DNA from: Dimorphilus gyrociliatus | Taxonomy: Eukaryota; Animalia; Annelida | Direction of reading: 5' to 3' | Length of the DNA stretch: 64,000 bases | Assembly (NCBI GenBank): GCA_904063045.1 | Contig: CAJFCJ010000007.1 | Location: 678,819-742,818, forward strand | In this document: in pieces, positions 39,053 to 52,020 of the stretch | Layout: each line of letters starts with the position of its first letter | How positions within the stretch are numbered: position 1 is the stretch's first letter | Made by a program: the position numbers and the translations under genes | The notes under the pieces: generated by a model | Seen by the model: only the letters and a program-made list of their open reading frames with translations | Told to the model about the DNA's origin: nothing | The model's database searches: none

Positions 39053-42000
39053 CTAACGTCTTAGCGTTTTTTGCTTATTCATTGTGGTTAACATCAAGCT
39101 GATATAAGAGGTTAACAGGTCATCCATTTTGTAGCCCTGTATAAAGTTTAACGGTAATTAATTGTAAGACTAAACAGGAAATGTGGGAAATTAATTCCAT
39201 TAAAAATCTACACAACTTACCAGAACTGTTTCACATAATAATTTGCTACCGCGAACCAAATTACCAAGTGTCATATGAAAGTATGTATTTCCACTGGACC
39301 AATTGGAAATTCTTGTGAATGGATGAACGGCGAGAATGTTCTAAAGCGGGAGCAAAATTATTTTTTATTAATTTTAACGTTTAATGAAATTTGGATTAAA
39401 GTAATATCTTACCTTAGTTTTTGGATCAATAAGATTAACACCATTCTTATTAATGGCAATTAAGAGTATTTCTGGTAGTTCAGGTTCAGTAGTTTGCTAT
39501 TTTCGATTAAAATATATTAAGTATTAGTTTTCTTATTAGTGTTATAAAAATATATTTATTTACTTTAACTTCAAAGAAGGCAGAACCGAATGTTGGCCAT
39601 TGGTAAATAGCCTTTAGGAATTTGATTTTAGCATCACTAGATGACAATCCAATATCTTGTTGATAGTGTGAGAGAATTTGTCTTCTCCAGTCGTCGGGAG
39701 CCATGGTTCTTATCATATCGACAGGGATCAACTCCTTCAAAATTTGTCTAAAGAAAATTTATAAAACAATAATCAATAGTCAATAATAGAGTAGCGTTAC
39801 TTACTGTAATTCGCTCGTCTTATCTTTGTTATCACCATATTTAACGCGGAAGATAAGAGCACCAAGTTGAGCAGCTTCTTCTTTGGTACATTTGTGATAG
39901 CCCCGTAGAAGTTTAGGTAATTCTTGATGATAATGGAATCTAATGTCAGCATTTCTGTCTCTACCTGGAACTGTGTTTGACCATAGTTTCTTCATAAAGA
40001 ACACTTGATAACTGAAACTAGGTGACTGGTTTTCCTGATTCGATTTAGCTTTCTTTATCCAGTCAGTTAAATGTCGTACAAAATCAAAGAAGAAGTCGCC
40101 TTCCGGAACTGATATAACCTTATCAGCAATCTTAACAAATAGTGAAAATCCTTCGGGTGAGTTTAACTTCAATTTATGTGCAATATTTGAACAGAAGTCC
40201 TTTGCTCTGGTTGACGAATCAACTTCAAAAGATTCGTCTGAATCATCTGGGAAGTACACCTTATGGAAGATCTGAGTTCTATTCTGAGAAACCGCTTCAA
40301 CTTCTACACTATGGGGAGGATATTTCCTTGCTCCATTTCTATTGAATAAAGAAGTACAGTTATAACGATTTTCTAATGGTGAATAAAATTTAAAGGATGA
40401 AAGAATAACCTCAGGGTTTTTTGGAGTCGGTTTATAGAATCATGAGCAGTAGGCAAGTCCTTATGCGATCTTAGGAAAAGCATAACCTCCTTTAATAGAT
40501 TTGTACCTGGAGTGAAGCACCCAGTTGCCAACCACATCAATTCCCAGCCTGCAATAACGCTCTGGCTTCCTTTGTTATCAGTTAATTGCTTGATAATTTG
40601 ACAATATATTTCATCTTTAAGTACATCCTAAGAGCAAAGAAAAGGATTTTTAAAGAATAATGAATAGTAAAACTCTGTTAAAATAAACATTTCATTAAAA
40701 TACAATACATACATGTTTAATTGGAGGTTCAAATATAAGATCAGTTAAATCGGCTCTCTTTCGACCAGACGGAGATGGGTGATCACCCATATATTTCAAG
40801 ATAGCCAAATAGCATTGGCACGCTTCTTGACTCAAATCATCTTTTCCTTGTAATTTTTTCAATAGAGGCTGCTTAATTGGTTCTTTACTATGACGCCACA
40901 AGTCATCCTGGCGTTTCCTTTTGCTGATTGTTAACGTTTTCGATAAAGTTTTCTTTGCCGGTATTCTAAAGTGATCAAAAGAATATTCTTTCAAGGTATA
41001 AATCTGCGATTCTTCCGTATCGGGTACAGAAGATTGTATGAATTTATCAGGATGTTCACTTTGTTGTGCAAACAGATTCTGTAGATGGTAAATGAAAAGG
41101 ATAAAATTAGATGTCAAGTACAAATAAATGCATTAAACAATAGTAAAATAGTCAATCAATCAATAACATTAACAACAGTGTAAGACAAATATATAAGAAT
41201 ATTTAAAAAAAATACATTATATCTGTTTATACATATATATGTTAATCTAAAAAGTAGTATACCAAAAACAATACTTTCTACTATTCTAATACATGCGTCA
41301 AAGGCACAAAATGCGCAAAAGATATTTAAAAAAAAAAACGAAACCTCCGTACCGTACCAATTGTTAGAAACTAAAGTACACTGCTTCACCTTCGCTGTAC
41401 GTGAGAGTATTACATGCATGTAGAATGTGATAATACAAAAGGTAAATATGTATATAATACTACGTTATCTTATATATGTAAATATGCAAACAGTATACAA
41501 TATACTTGAATATTATATACTGTTTAAAGATGTCAATATACATTAGAACACGTGCATATTTACATACATAAGAAAATTGTAAAGATAGACAGACCCGTGT
41601 GAAATGAAAACATTAATACAGTTAACGTACCCAAGTTACTACTTCCTGTTGATCGGTTAGATTAAAAAAATAATGAAAAGTATATTTGTATGTTTTATAC
41701 ATTTAGATATAATATAAATATACAGTATATCCTTTATATGCTGTGTATTTATATCCCTGTACATAGAGTACAAAATTTATGGAAATATATGTAAATTTTT
41801 GCAACTCCAATTGATTTTTTGTTAGAATAGCAAATAGAAAAATAGCTTACCAATATTTTCGGAGGTGGTCTGGTCACTGTTGGAAGAATGTAAACACATT
41901 CAGCAGGGAAGTCTCCTCTATGTCCAGTTCTAGCACATTCTCCGAAACACCATCCAGAGCTCATTACACTCTCTCCATTTGCCTCTTCTAGGATAATTAG

Positions 42001-45000
42001 ATCTCCTTTTTTGAAAGATAAAAAGTTAGGTTGTTCAACAGGAGCTTTATAATCTTGTAGACCAATGACGTATTTTGAACGTTGTTTCAACCCTTCTAAG
42101 AATGTTACAACTAAATCTCTAATATCTTCAGCGTTTGGCGAAGTAAATGTGTATTCTTCACATTTTACTGTTGCAAGAGTGAAGCTCTGACCATGCATTT
42201 TGCCAGTACGGCTACTTGACACAGCTGTAATTTCAGGGAAGCTAAGTTCCAATAACACATTTTCCTGGTCATCTACAACATAAACACCAGTCCAGTTAAC
42301 AGCTATTATGACGTCATTCTTCGGTAGAGAAGGTCCAGCAAATTTGTAAGATTCGTAGAATCTTGAAAATAATAGAGGCCATTTAAACTTGGCAAAGTTT
42401 ACAATATCTTCTTTAACACGGAGAGGAGGTACTCTTTCTGTTACAAAATAAGATCGTCTATAGGAGTTCATTACACCCTTTAGCCAGAAATTTAGAGTCT
42501 TCGCTCCTTCTATTGCAGTATCAGGAATGTATGAAGGAAGAACAGCTTGAACTCTTTCCAATGACAGTTCACCTCTATAATCTATGTAATATTGTTGAGC
42601 GGCAATCATAACCAAATCGCTATCTTTCTCGCATCGATACTCTCCAAATTTAATACCTCTGACAACTTGTTGATAAATGAGGTTAGTCGATACCGAGTCT
42701 TCAGCTGGATCATGCCATGGAGCAAATATCTCTTTGCGGAAAAAGAGTCTCCATGGTGCATTTCTCTCTTGCGAACCCTGCTCTTTGGCATATTGCTCGC
42801 ACTGAGAGATAGCATCCATAACGTGATCACCTCCTGAGCCCAAAGATGAAACTTTGTCAAATAAAGCAATATATAGAGAAAATCCAAATCTATCTTTAAG
42901 ACCAATTTTGTCAGCAAGTTGATTACATAATTCTCTAGCAGTTGTTGCAGAATCAGCAAGCAGAGTTTTGGTATTACCATCCATAAAAGTTATTGGAAGC
43001 ATTAATGGTTTTTTCGATTTTGTTGCTTGTAATTCTAACCAGGAAGGAGGTTGATTTCTTGTACCATTAGCAAATGTTCTTCTCAGTCTCTCTTCACAAT
43101 AGGGTGCATAGCCTGGTGGGCCTTCTTTAATAAAGCATCTAAGATATTTAATAAATTTCTCAGATGGTGCAAAACATCCAACGCATAAAGATAAAAGAAT
43201 CCAGCCACGGGCATGACTTGTTTTGGATGAGTTCTGTGTGAGTTGTTTACAAATTTGACAATAAATTTCATCTCTCATTTCTGGTCTGAGGATTCCATGT
43301 CCAATTATAAAGTGTAGCTTTTCTAAATTATTTGTTGGCTTATCTTCTAATAAAGCATTTCCTGATCCAGTATATTCTCCATTTCTCAGCTTATTGGCAA
43401 CGTCCTCGGTAATCTTTGATTTTTTCTTAAGTGTTAGGGATATTAATTTGTTTTTCTTGGTTGTACCTTTTGGCCTATGAGTTGAGTGAACAGGGTGCTC
43501 TTTTTCCATTTCACTGGCCTCTTTTTGAGCCTCTTCTAAATCTTTTTTATTAAACTTTCGACCAAGAGTTGAATAGATTTTTGTCATGACAGGCGTTGTA
43601 TCTTTAACATCAGAAAGCGAAGTATGATATTTAGGCTCAGGAAGATCACCCATAAATCGTGATATTATCACCCAAACGGCTAGAGCGGCAAGTTGATCTC
43701 CTTCATTTTTCAAGGGTAGCAAAGGATTTTTGATAGCTTTTCTAACATAAGAGTGGGATGCATTTCCTTGAAAATATAGTTGAGCAAACTTGCTGAACTT
43801 GTAATCTGAAATATCATCATCTTCATCAGGTGGAACAGGCGGAGAAACAATATCTGTATCCTGAGACATATTATCTCGTTCAACAGATTTCAAATCATCA
43901 TAACGTCCAGCAGCCGGTTGACCAGATTCAGTTAGATTTTCAGTAAATTCGAACAATTGTGCAATAATGTCTGTTTCGTTGACGGGTTGATCTTTACGAG
44001 CTTCTGCATCTGTAATTTGTTTCGCTTTCGCTTCTGCTCTCTTCTTTTCAGTTTGCATCTCTTCTTCAACAGCTTGTTCTAAACCTTCAAGTCTCTCTTG
44101 ATGGTGTTTTTGGGCAACTTCTTTGGCCTTCTTTGCATTCATTTCTTTACGAAGTCTCTCTTCCTCTTCTTTTCGTTGCCTTTCCAATTCCATTAATTTC
44201 ATATGTTCAATCTTCGCCTTTCTATAATGATTGCGAGCAAACATCATTCGGAAAGCAGCTTGTAGAATTACAGCACTCTTCATTCTCTGTTCATACCAGA
44301 TTTGTCCCAAGAAACCACGACAATGACGTTGGAGAGCTATAAGCCTTGTTCTGGTAGTTGTGAACTTATGTGTTAATTGACGTGATCGCACAAGAGCTTG
44401 TAAACGTTGGAATCCCATCTTTATAGCCTCGTAACGTTTCTGTGCGGTCCAACTCCTGTAAACAGCTTGAATAATAACGCAACAACTCTTCATCTGTTCG
44501 AAGCGTTTTCTATGTTGCCATCCTCTAATTGCTTTTTGAATGTAGATAAGCTTTCTGGTCAATACTCTGTCTCTCTCCTGTTCTAGATATGCGTCCTGAG
44601 CATCTTTGAGAAATACCTTTGTCTTACCCAGTTGATAGTCAGCGTCTTTAAGAACTTCTTTGCAAATTTTCTTGGAGGCAGCTCTACATTCTACGGTATG
44701 TGATGGGCCAACGCCTGATATTAATATCCTATAACGATCAACAAAGTCATCAAATCTATGGCGAATTGGATATCCTGCCCTTCGAATTCTTATGGTTTCC
44801 ATCATACCCGAATAACGTAATTGACGGCAGCATAGTTCTCTATCAAACATTAGAGGCTTTTTGAATTCATTTGGCTTAATACAACGAACAAAGAATGGTT
44901 GACAAGCACTCAGAGTTTTCATCAAAGAATCCAAACTGGTTCTAAACTGGATGCTTAGAGTTGGCGATCGTTTTCTTGTTTCTGTGCCCATTCCAGCATC

Positions 45001-47552
45001 ATTTTTAAACAAGCCGCTTAAATAATTGAATTTAGAATTTGTTATCAGTTGCATTAAGTCTCCACTAAATGTATCTCTATTCTTTTCAAGAAAGCCCTTG
45101 GAATCATAGAAGACAACTCCTGCAAAATGGTTTAGACCGAAAGATAAGTTAACCTGCGATTTGGGCTTGAGATAATTTTTATTCCTTCCATGTTGACTAT
45201 GTAGCTTTTCCAACATGGTTTTATCTGTACCCTTTGGAAATTTACTCTCCTCATCAACCAAAGCCAATATATTCATGGGCTTACAGGCAATCATATCTAA
45301 CGCCTCCTGATTGTCTACAAATTCAATATGGCTCCAGCTAATGGCTTCGTTATTATATTCTACTTGCTCTAGTTTGAAGATGTGTTGAACAAAGAATTGT
45401 TGAAGATTCTCATTCGCATAGTTAATGCACAGCTGCTCGAAGCTGTTTTTATCAAAATTTTCGAATCCGAATATGTCGAGAACTCCAATGGATTTTCGAT
45501 AAGCGTGCTTCTCGTTTGGCTTATAAATGGCTTCATTAATTTTATCAACAATCCAAATGAACATACGTCCATAAACACCTTTAACAAAAGCATCTCTTAC
45601 GTCTAATGCCGCCTCATCAGAAAGTTGAGTTAGCACGACTTCTCCTAAAAAAGTTGAAAATTCGTTGACTTGATAGTTAAAATACAAAATTCTTTCAAAT
45701 TATTTACCTCTGGTATAAATAGTCCTAGTTGTTAGAGACTTCTTCAAATCTCCTGAGTTAACTTTCAGCAAACGAGCAACTTTTTCTAATTCAGACATGT
45801 TTTTCACTTGACATGCGTCAATGTTATTGACAACAGTGGCACTAAAACCAACGTTTCCGAGATGGAGCAATGCGGATAAGATTGTCAAAATATCCCAAAT
45901 TCTCTCGTCGCTAAACATCAAAACCTTCATGGCCGAACGAATATCATGAAATTCTTTAACATCGTCTCGACCTTCGCATTTCGTATCACCACCCTGAACT
46001 AAATAATGGTAGTCTTCGGCGGTTTTCAAATCGAGCTTGTCTTTTTCCTCTTTTGATAGACCAGCCAACATACAATAGAAAATATGATAATTTCTTTCAT
46101 TGTGCATTTGACTAACTATTCTACTTTTTTCTAATAGATATTGTTCAATTTTAGCGCCTTCAATGGATCCTTTTTTATCAAAGTGAATATCAATGTATTT
46201 TCCAAATCTAGAAGAGTTATCATTACGAATAGTTTTAGCATTTCCAAAAGCTTCCATAACAGGGTTGGCTTCAAGAATCTGTTGTTCGATCCAAGAATGC
46301 TGACCGGAAACAGCAGCTAAGAATTGGAGAATTAATTTTGTAGATTCTGTTTTTCCCGCACCTGATTCACCGCTGATTATTATACATTGATTTTGCTCAT
46401 AACGTTTCATATTTGTGTAAGAATTATCTCCTATGGCAAAAATATGCGGTGGAAGCTCTCCGATTTTCTTGTCTCGATATAATTTTATTTGTTCAGCAGT
46501 ATAAATTGGTAAAATTTGGTAGGGATTAACAGCAACCAAAATTGAACCCGTGTACGTCTAATAATGGGAGGTTAAGGTAATGGCTTGATTAAAAAGATAG
46601 TTCTACTACAAATGTGAAAATTTTCTATATACTAACATAAATATAGTTGTCAAAGTAACGTATGAAGAGATTACGTAATATTCCAGCCTCGTTTAAGTCC
46701 CCTAATCCTATCATATCTTCTAAACCGCTTACGGAAGACGGATGCATAGCCTTCAGCTTTGTACCGCTTTTTACCCATACTTCTTTCTTGTCGTCATCCA
46801 CTAATTGAACTTGCCCAGAACCTGTTGATTTTACTTGAGCTCCAATAGCCACCTCAAATTCGCCGGGACTTTCCGGTTCAATCCAAACCCACTCACCCTA
46901 TTGAATATATATAAATAATAAAAAAACGTGAAAATTTTAGTCGACTCATACGATTATTCATATAAAAACGTCTTTAAAACTATGTAAAACATTCTTTCGT
47001 TCTTATCATACTCTCTTTTTATTATTTAATCTAATATATCTCCTTCAATTTATATACTTTTGACGATAATAAAATCAAACTATAGAAAACTAAGAAAAGA
47101 AAGATAAAGCATGTACAAAAGGATTATTAAATAGTTTATTGGTGAGAAAATTTACTAAAATGTATTCATATGCATTTAAATAACTTCGCAAAAGAAAGAA
47201 ATTAAGATTGTTTAACCGTGAAAAATTTAACGATGTAAAAATTCGCTTTTTATCGATTGCCTACCTATTTTAAAAATTAATCGATGCGATTCACACTACA
47301 TTTTTCTGTGTGTATTTATACTATATGTACGCGCCCAAAGTTCTTTATATAGTTCGTGTCGGTTTTGGGTATGACTCATGTACTTTTTCTTATATTCATA
47401 TCATATTAAAATATATATATATATTAATATATATTTATGATTGGATAACGAAAAATAAAAAACATGAATACTAATCACAATAAGGAAGTATAAATATTAA
47501 TTATAAATTATTCTATATAGAAATAATCACTTACCCGCTGCAATAGCACCAT
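39053..47552 (-). CDS. MYO7A: Unconventional myosin VIIa (motor, IQ, SAH, MyTH4-FERM, SH3, MyTH4-FERM)
   Basis: MVLLQRGEWVW start, [11 protein letters not shown]-loop, [39 protein letters not shown]3 domain, [16 protein letters not shown]-terminus. Confidence 0.97.
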
Positions 47553-47976
47553 CTTCAATTATATATAATTGCTAGAATATTTTAGGCCTATATTAGAGCA
47601 TAGAACAGCCGTTAATCTGTTGAAGAAAAAGTCATTTATATTAACACGCCTGTGATTTTTTAGTCTATTTAGTTTTCATCAAAACTATTCCATACACTAT
47701 TATTTTCAAAAAATACTATATTTTGTTTCGGGTACGTATATTGTTTCAATTCTCTTGAACGCGATCAATGAAGCAGAACTCGCTATGAAATCTGAGTTTT
47801 TTCAGCTTGCTCTCTATATTTACCATCGACAGCAAATTAATAAGAGAGAACACTTACCGAATCTAATTTAAAATCCTTTGCTGCATAAACATCAAGCTAA
47901 TCAAACTGCACAGTAGACGATTCGATTTGCCGAATCTATAGTAAAACGGGTCCCACCCAACACGGTGACCAATACG

Positions 47977-48097
47977 GTGACGTCACTTGTAAAGTAAACG
48001 GGTGGCACTTGAACGTATCTCAGGTAAAAAAAGGTAGTTAATTATCGAAACTGCAGATGGAGTTATTGAACACTAAAGCATTTGAGCGCATGCGCTC
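47977..48097. promoter_or_regulatory. Palindromic sites upstream of MYO7A: GTGACGTCAC (CRE, 47977-86) and GAGCGCATGCGCTC (NRF1/Ewg-like, 48084-97)
   Basis: Perfect palindromes in a GC-richer promoter patch. Confidence 0.4.
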
Positions 48098-48199
48098 TAC
48101 AAGTTTTGAACACAGCTGAAATTCTTATTAAAAAAGTAGAACTTTTAATATGGGAAATTTTATCGCGATATCTTTTATCTTTTCAAATGAAATTACAAT

Positions 48200-48360
48200 C
48201 AATTGAACTTTGAGGAAATTTGTTATCATTTGTTAGAACAATTTAAAAAATAATAGACTAGTGATAACCTACTTGTTGTCCTAAAATATATAAAAGGTCT
48301 GTTTTGAAGATAAAAATGCAATGGATCAGAGTGTTGTTCATAGTTTTAAAATTCGTGAAC
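48200..48360 (+). mobile_element. Possible decayed pogo/Tigger (DDE_1) transposase remnant
   Basis: In-frame MDQSVVHSFK (48321-48350) resembles the PMDQG(V/I)I.SFK motif; a frameshifted DN..C-like segment lies upstream; no terminal inverted repeats were seen. Confidence 0.3.
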
Positions 48361-50277
48361 AGTTTTGCCTTCTCACAGTACAGTAGAGTGCAGTTAGATC
48401 AATATATTTATACAGCTAATGTTGAACAGTAGAAAGAGTAGAAATGGGAAAATACTAAGTATCAAAGGTTGTTCTTGACTAATCTGATATGCTTATGTGT
48501 TATGTAAGCAGATCAATATTGTGACGTAAATTCAAAAAAATAATATACTCTCGTATATTTTATGAACACGTCTTCATATTCAGTATAAGATAAATTTCGC
48601 ACAAAAATGTTGATAGTTCCAAGAGGAAGATTGTCATAAACTATATTTCAAACTTCAAAGAGAAATAGTTCATTAAATACTCTGTTTTTACTTTAATATA
48701 TTAATATGTATATATATAGATAGATTGTAGAAAGGATATACATTATGAGTTTAGACAAACAACCTTATTAATAGATAAAATATCTATTAGTCAGAAAACC
48801 CTCATATAATACAAGTTTGAATATTTAATCCCACTTTGCATATTAATAATTAAACTTCATACAAGGAGTGTTACGATTGTTCTAAGTGTTAGCTAATTTA
48901 AGATGTCCTTTTCATATTTTCATAAATATTAATGAACTTATAATACAGTTTATTACAGAAAGATAATTATCTAAAATGGATATTACTCATTACCTTATCT
49001 TCTTCATCACACGCTCTTTTGTAATCTATATTCATATATTAAATATTCGGGGCGTTTTCTTAACATGAGAAAAAACAGTGCTCTATTTGAATAAGATTAA
49101 AATTCCTTGAACAGATAAATAGAATAATTGAATTGTATTGAGAATTAAAAAATAAAAAATCATAAAAGTATCAAACGATGTATAAGTACTGCCACTGTAA
49201 AAATTACTTAAGAGAGTATTTTGACATAAAACAACCAATAAATCTTCATAAATATCATATAATCTCAATAGTTTTTACTTTTTTAAAAAAATACAAATTT
49301 AAAATAGAAATACAAATAGTTCACTATCTTTATACTAAGATCTTGTCAAAAATTCAGTGTCTTTTTGCATTGAATATTTGCAATTTGTAAACAATGGGGA
49401 TTCTCCATTCTTTTAAATAAACTAAATGATGTAAATTAATGGAAAAGAAAGGAGTCTCTTTCTTTTTCTAGCTACTAAAATATTTACGAATGAAATGTAA
49501 ATTAAAGATAAAATTATCGTTCCTTTTCATTTGTTTAGTTTTCAAGGTGTTCGCACGTCATTCTTGAAGGTCTTGGAGGGTAAAGTTGAATAAATTTTCT
49601 CTATTGGATATAGATGGGGTTACTAGGTCTATTTCGAACTGATTTGCGCATGTGTAGCAAGAGGCGGAACTTAACAAAAAGAGGTCTTATTTGATTATTT
49701 AAAAAAAAATTTCTTCGTCCTTGTATCACTAAGTTAGAAATTGGAAAAAGATTGGATACAATATTATAAAATAGAGATCCTTCAGCGCGTTACAGTGGAT
49801 ACAGCTTCTTTGGTGAGCGATATTAGATAAAATCACGTGCTCTTTAAAACGAGACGATATGCCTAGATAAATATGTATTTGTTATAAAAAAAACTTCATA
49901 AAATTGGAGAGGCCTAACATTGTAGTGACAAAATGTACATTTAAACTTTGCACTATGATATCTTGTGCTACTTTTCTTTTTCCATCAATATTTTTCCATT
50001 GTTTCATTCAAAAAAAGTCACTATGAAGGTCATAGAAACATTTTTCACGTGATCTTATCGTGATCACTTTTTCCCCATTCGTATTTAAGATTTGATCAGG
50101 AATTTCACAATATGCATTCATCTCTTTTACTTATGACGTCAGTCCCAGGACACGTGTTATACGACTGAATATACTTGGGAATTTTTTGCCAAAGAGATAC
50201 GAATACTAATCGTACTTCAAATTCTTTTAGGAAAACATATTAGAAGCCCAAAATATACCATCTTAGAATAATAAACT

Positions 50278-51709
50278 ATGGCTAATGACTGGAGACCCTA
50301 TGTCTACGGAGGATTGGCCTCAATGACTGCAGAATTCGGTAAGAATTTCAAACCATAAATGTGCATAATGTGGAAGAAGGATAAAATTTAAGTCGTTTTT
50401 GCTATTAACATCATTCAAGGAACGTTTCCAATTGATACTACAAAAACAAGATTGCAAATTCAAGGTCAAAAGATCGACAAAAATTTCTGCACTATAAAAT
50501 ACAGGGGAATGTCTCATGCTCTTGTGCTTATTGGTAAGGAGGAAGGAGTCTCTGCACTTTATTCTGGGTTAGTTAGTAACTAATAAATCAATAATTTTTT
50601 AGAGCAATATTATTTTTTTCTTTATGTAGACTTAAACCAGCTTTATTAAGACAAGCAACATATGGAACTATTAAAATTGGAATATATCATTCACTAAAGA
50701 GATTACTTGTTCAGGATCCCATGAAAGAAAAATTAATAAACAATGTATTTTGTGGAGTGGTTGCCGGTGTTGTCTCAAGTTGTATAGCTAATCCAACAGA
50801 TGTTCTTAAAGTAAGGATGCAGGCACAGAGCAAGGATACCCGTAAAATAAGTCTCATTAATGCTTTTAGAGATATAGCTCGGAAGGAAGGTATTGGCGGT
50901 CTGTGGAGAGTAAGGATAAAATTATCGACATTTTAGAGTTTTTCTTATACTTGATCCTTTATTAATTTCTTAAACCAGGGTGTTGGACCAACGGCTAATA
51001 GAGCAGCCGTTGTGGCTGGAGTTGAGTTACCTGTATATGATGTTTGCAAAAAACATATAATCAATCATACACCTCTTGGAGATAATGTTTATAATCACTT
51101 TATGTAAGCTGAAAATAATATTTAAGACTGGGAAAATAGTTACAATTACAACTAACTATCATTTCATACTTTAGATCTAGTTCTATAGCTGGTCTTGCCG
51201 GAGCAATTGCCTCTAACCCTATTGATGTTGTAAAAGTAAATTAAGTTTATTAGAAATTATATTTATTTTAGTATATTTAATTAAAATATTATATTTCTTA
51301 ATAGACAAGATTAATGAACCAAAGGAAACTTCGAGTTGTTAGTGTGCAAGGAGGCGTTGGAGCACCAGTCATTTATAATAGCTCTATGGATTGTATTTTG
51401 CAAGTATGTATTTTATTAACTGCACATAATCTATATAAGTTTTATTATATTGCATATGCTTCATATTTTATTTATAGACTGTTAAAACTGAAGGTATACT
51501 TGCGTTATATAAAGGATTTATACCGAATTGGCTACGATTAGGTCCCTGGAATATTATTGTATCCTTTAAAAATTACAAACGAAATGCTAATTTAACAAAA
51601 AAAAAAACAACAGCAAAAAGAAAAGGTTAAATAATTTCCTTAACTTTGTTTTCTTTTCCCTTTTACACAGTTCTTTATGACATTCGAACAATTAAAGAAA
51701 TTATATTGA
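50278..51709 (+). CDS. SLC25A30: Mitochondrial carrier SLC25A14/SLC25A30 (UCP5/BMCP1/KMCP1)
   Basis: [66 protein letters not shown]|[12 protein letters not shown]. Confidence 0.93.
51559..51670 (+). other. U12-type (minor spliceosome) GT-AG intron, last intron of SLC25A30
   Basis: 5' splice site GTATCCTTT, branch site TTCCTTAAC (51636-44), AG at 51669-70; removal restores WNII|FFMTFEQ. Confidence 0.85.
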
Positions 51710-52020
51710 GCTCACAAAAACTATTCTCAACTTTTAAGTATTGAACTTTACCTCTTTTCCTTTTAGACTAATGACCCTGTTTTCTAGGAATTATTTAGGT
51801 CCCTTTTTTCGTGTTATAAACGGGTTGTAATATTTTTTGGATGGTTATATTTGAAATTAGGAAAAAAGAAGAAAAACACATAGAAAATTTATATACTTAA
51901 TGAATATTTATATACGAAAGTTTTTTATTTTTATCCTATTTATACTTAATTTTATTTAAAGCAATTGATAAACTTTTATTTCCAAACTGCCGCTTGAATA
52001 AACCTTTTCAATCTTGTTTG

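Noticed and set aside
41156-41419. 87-aa minus-strand ORF in the long myosin intron
   Set aside because: AT-rich, Phe/Ile/Asn-biased, with no homology signal.
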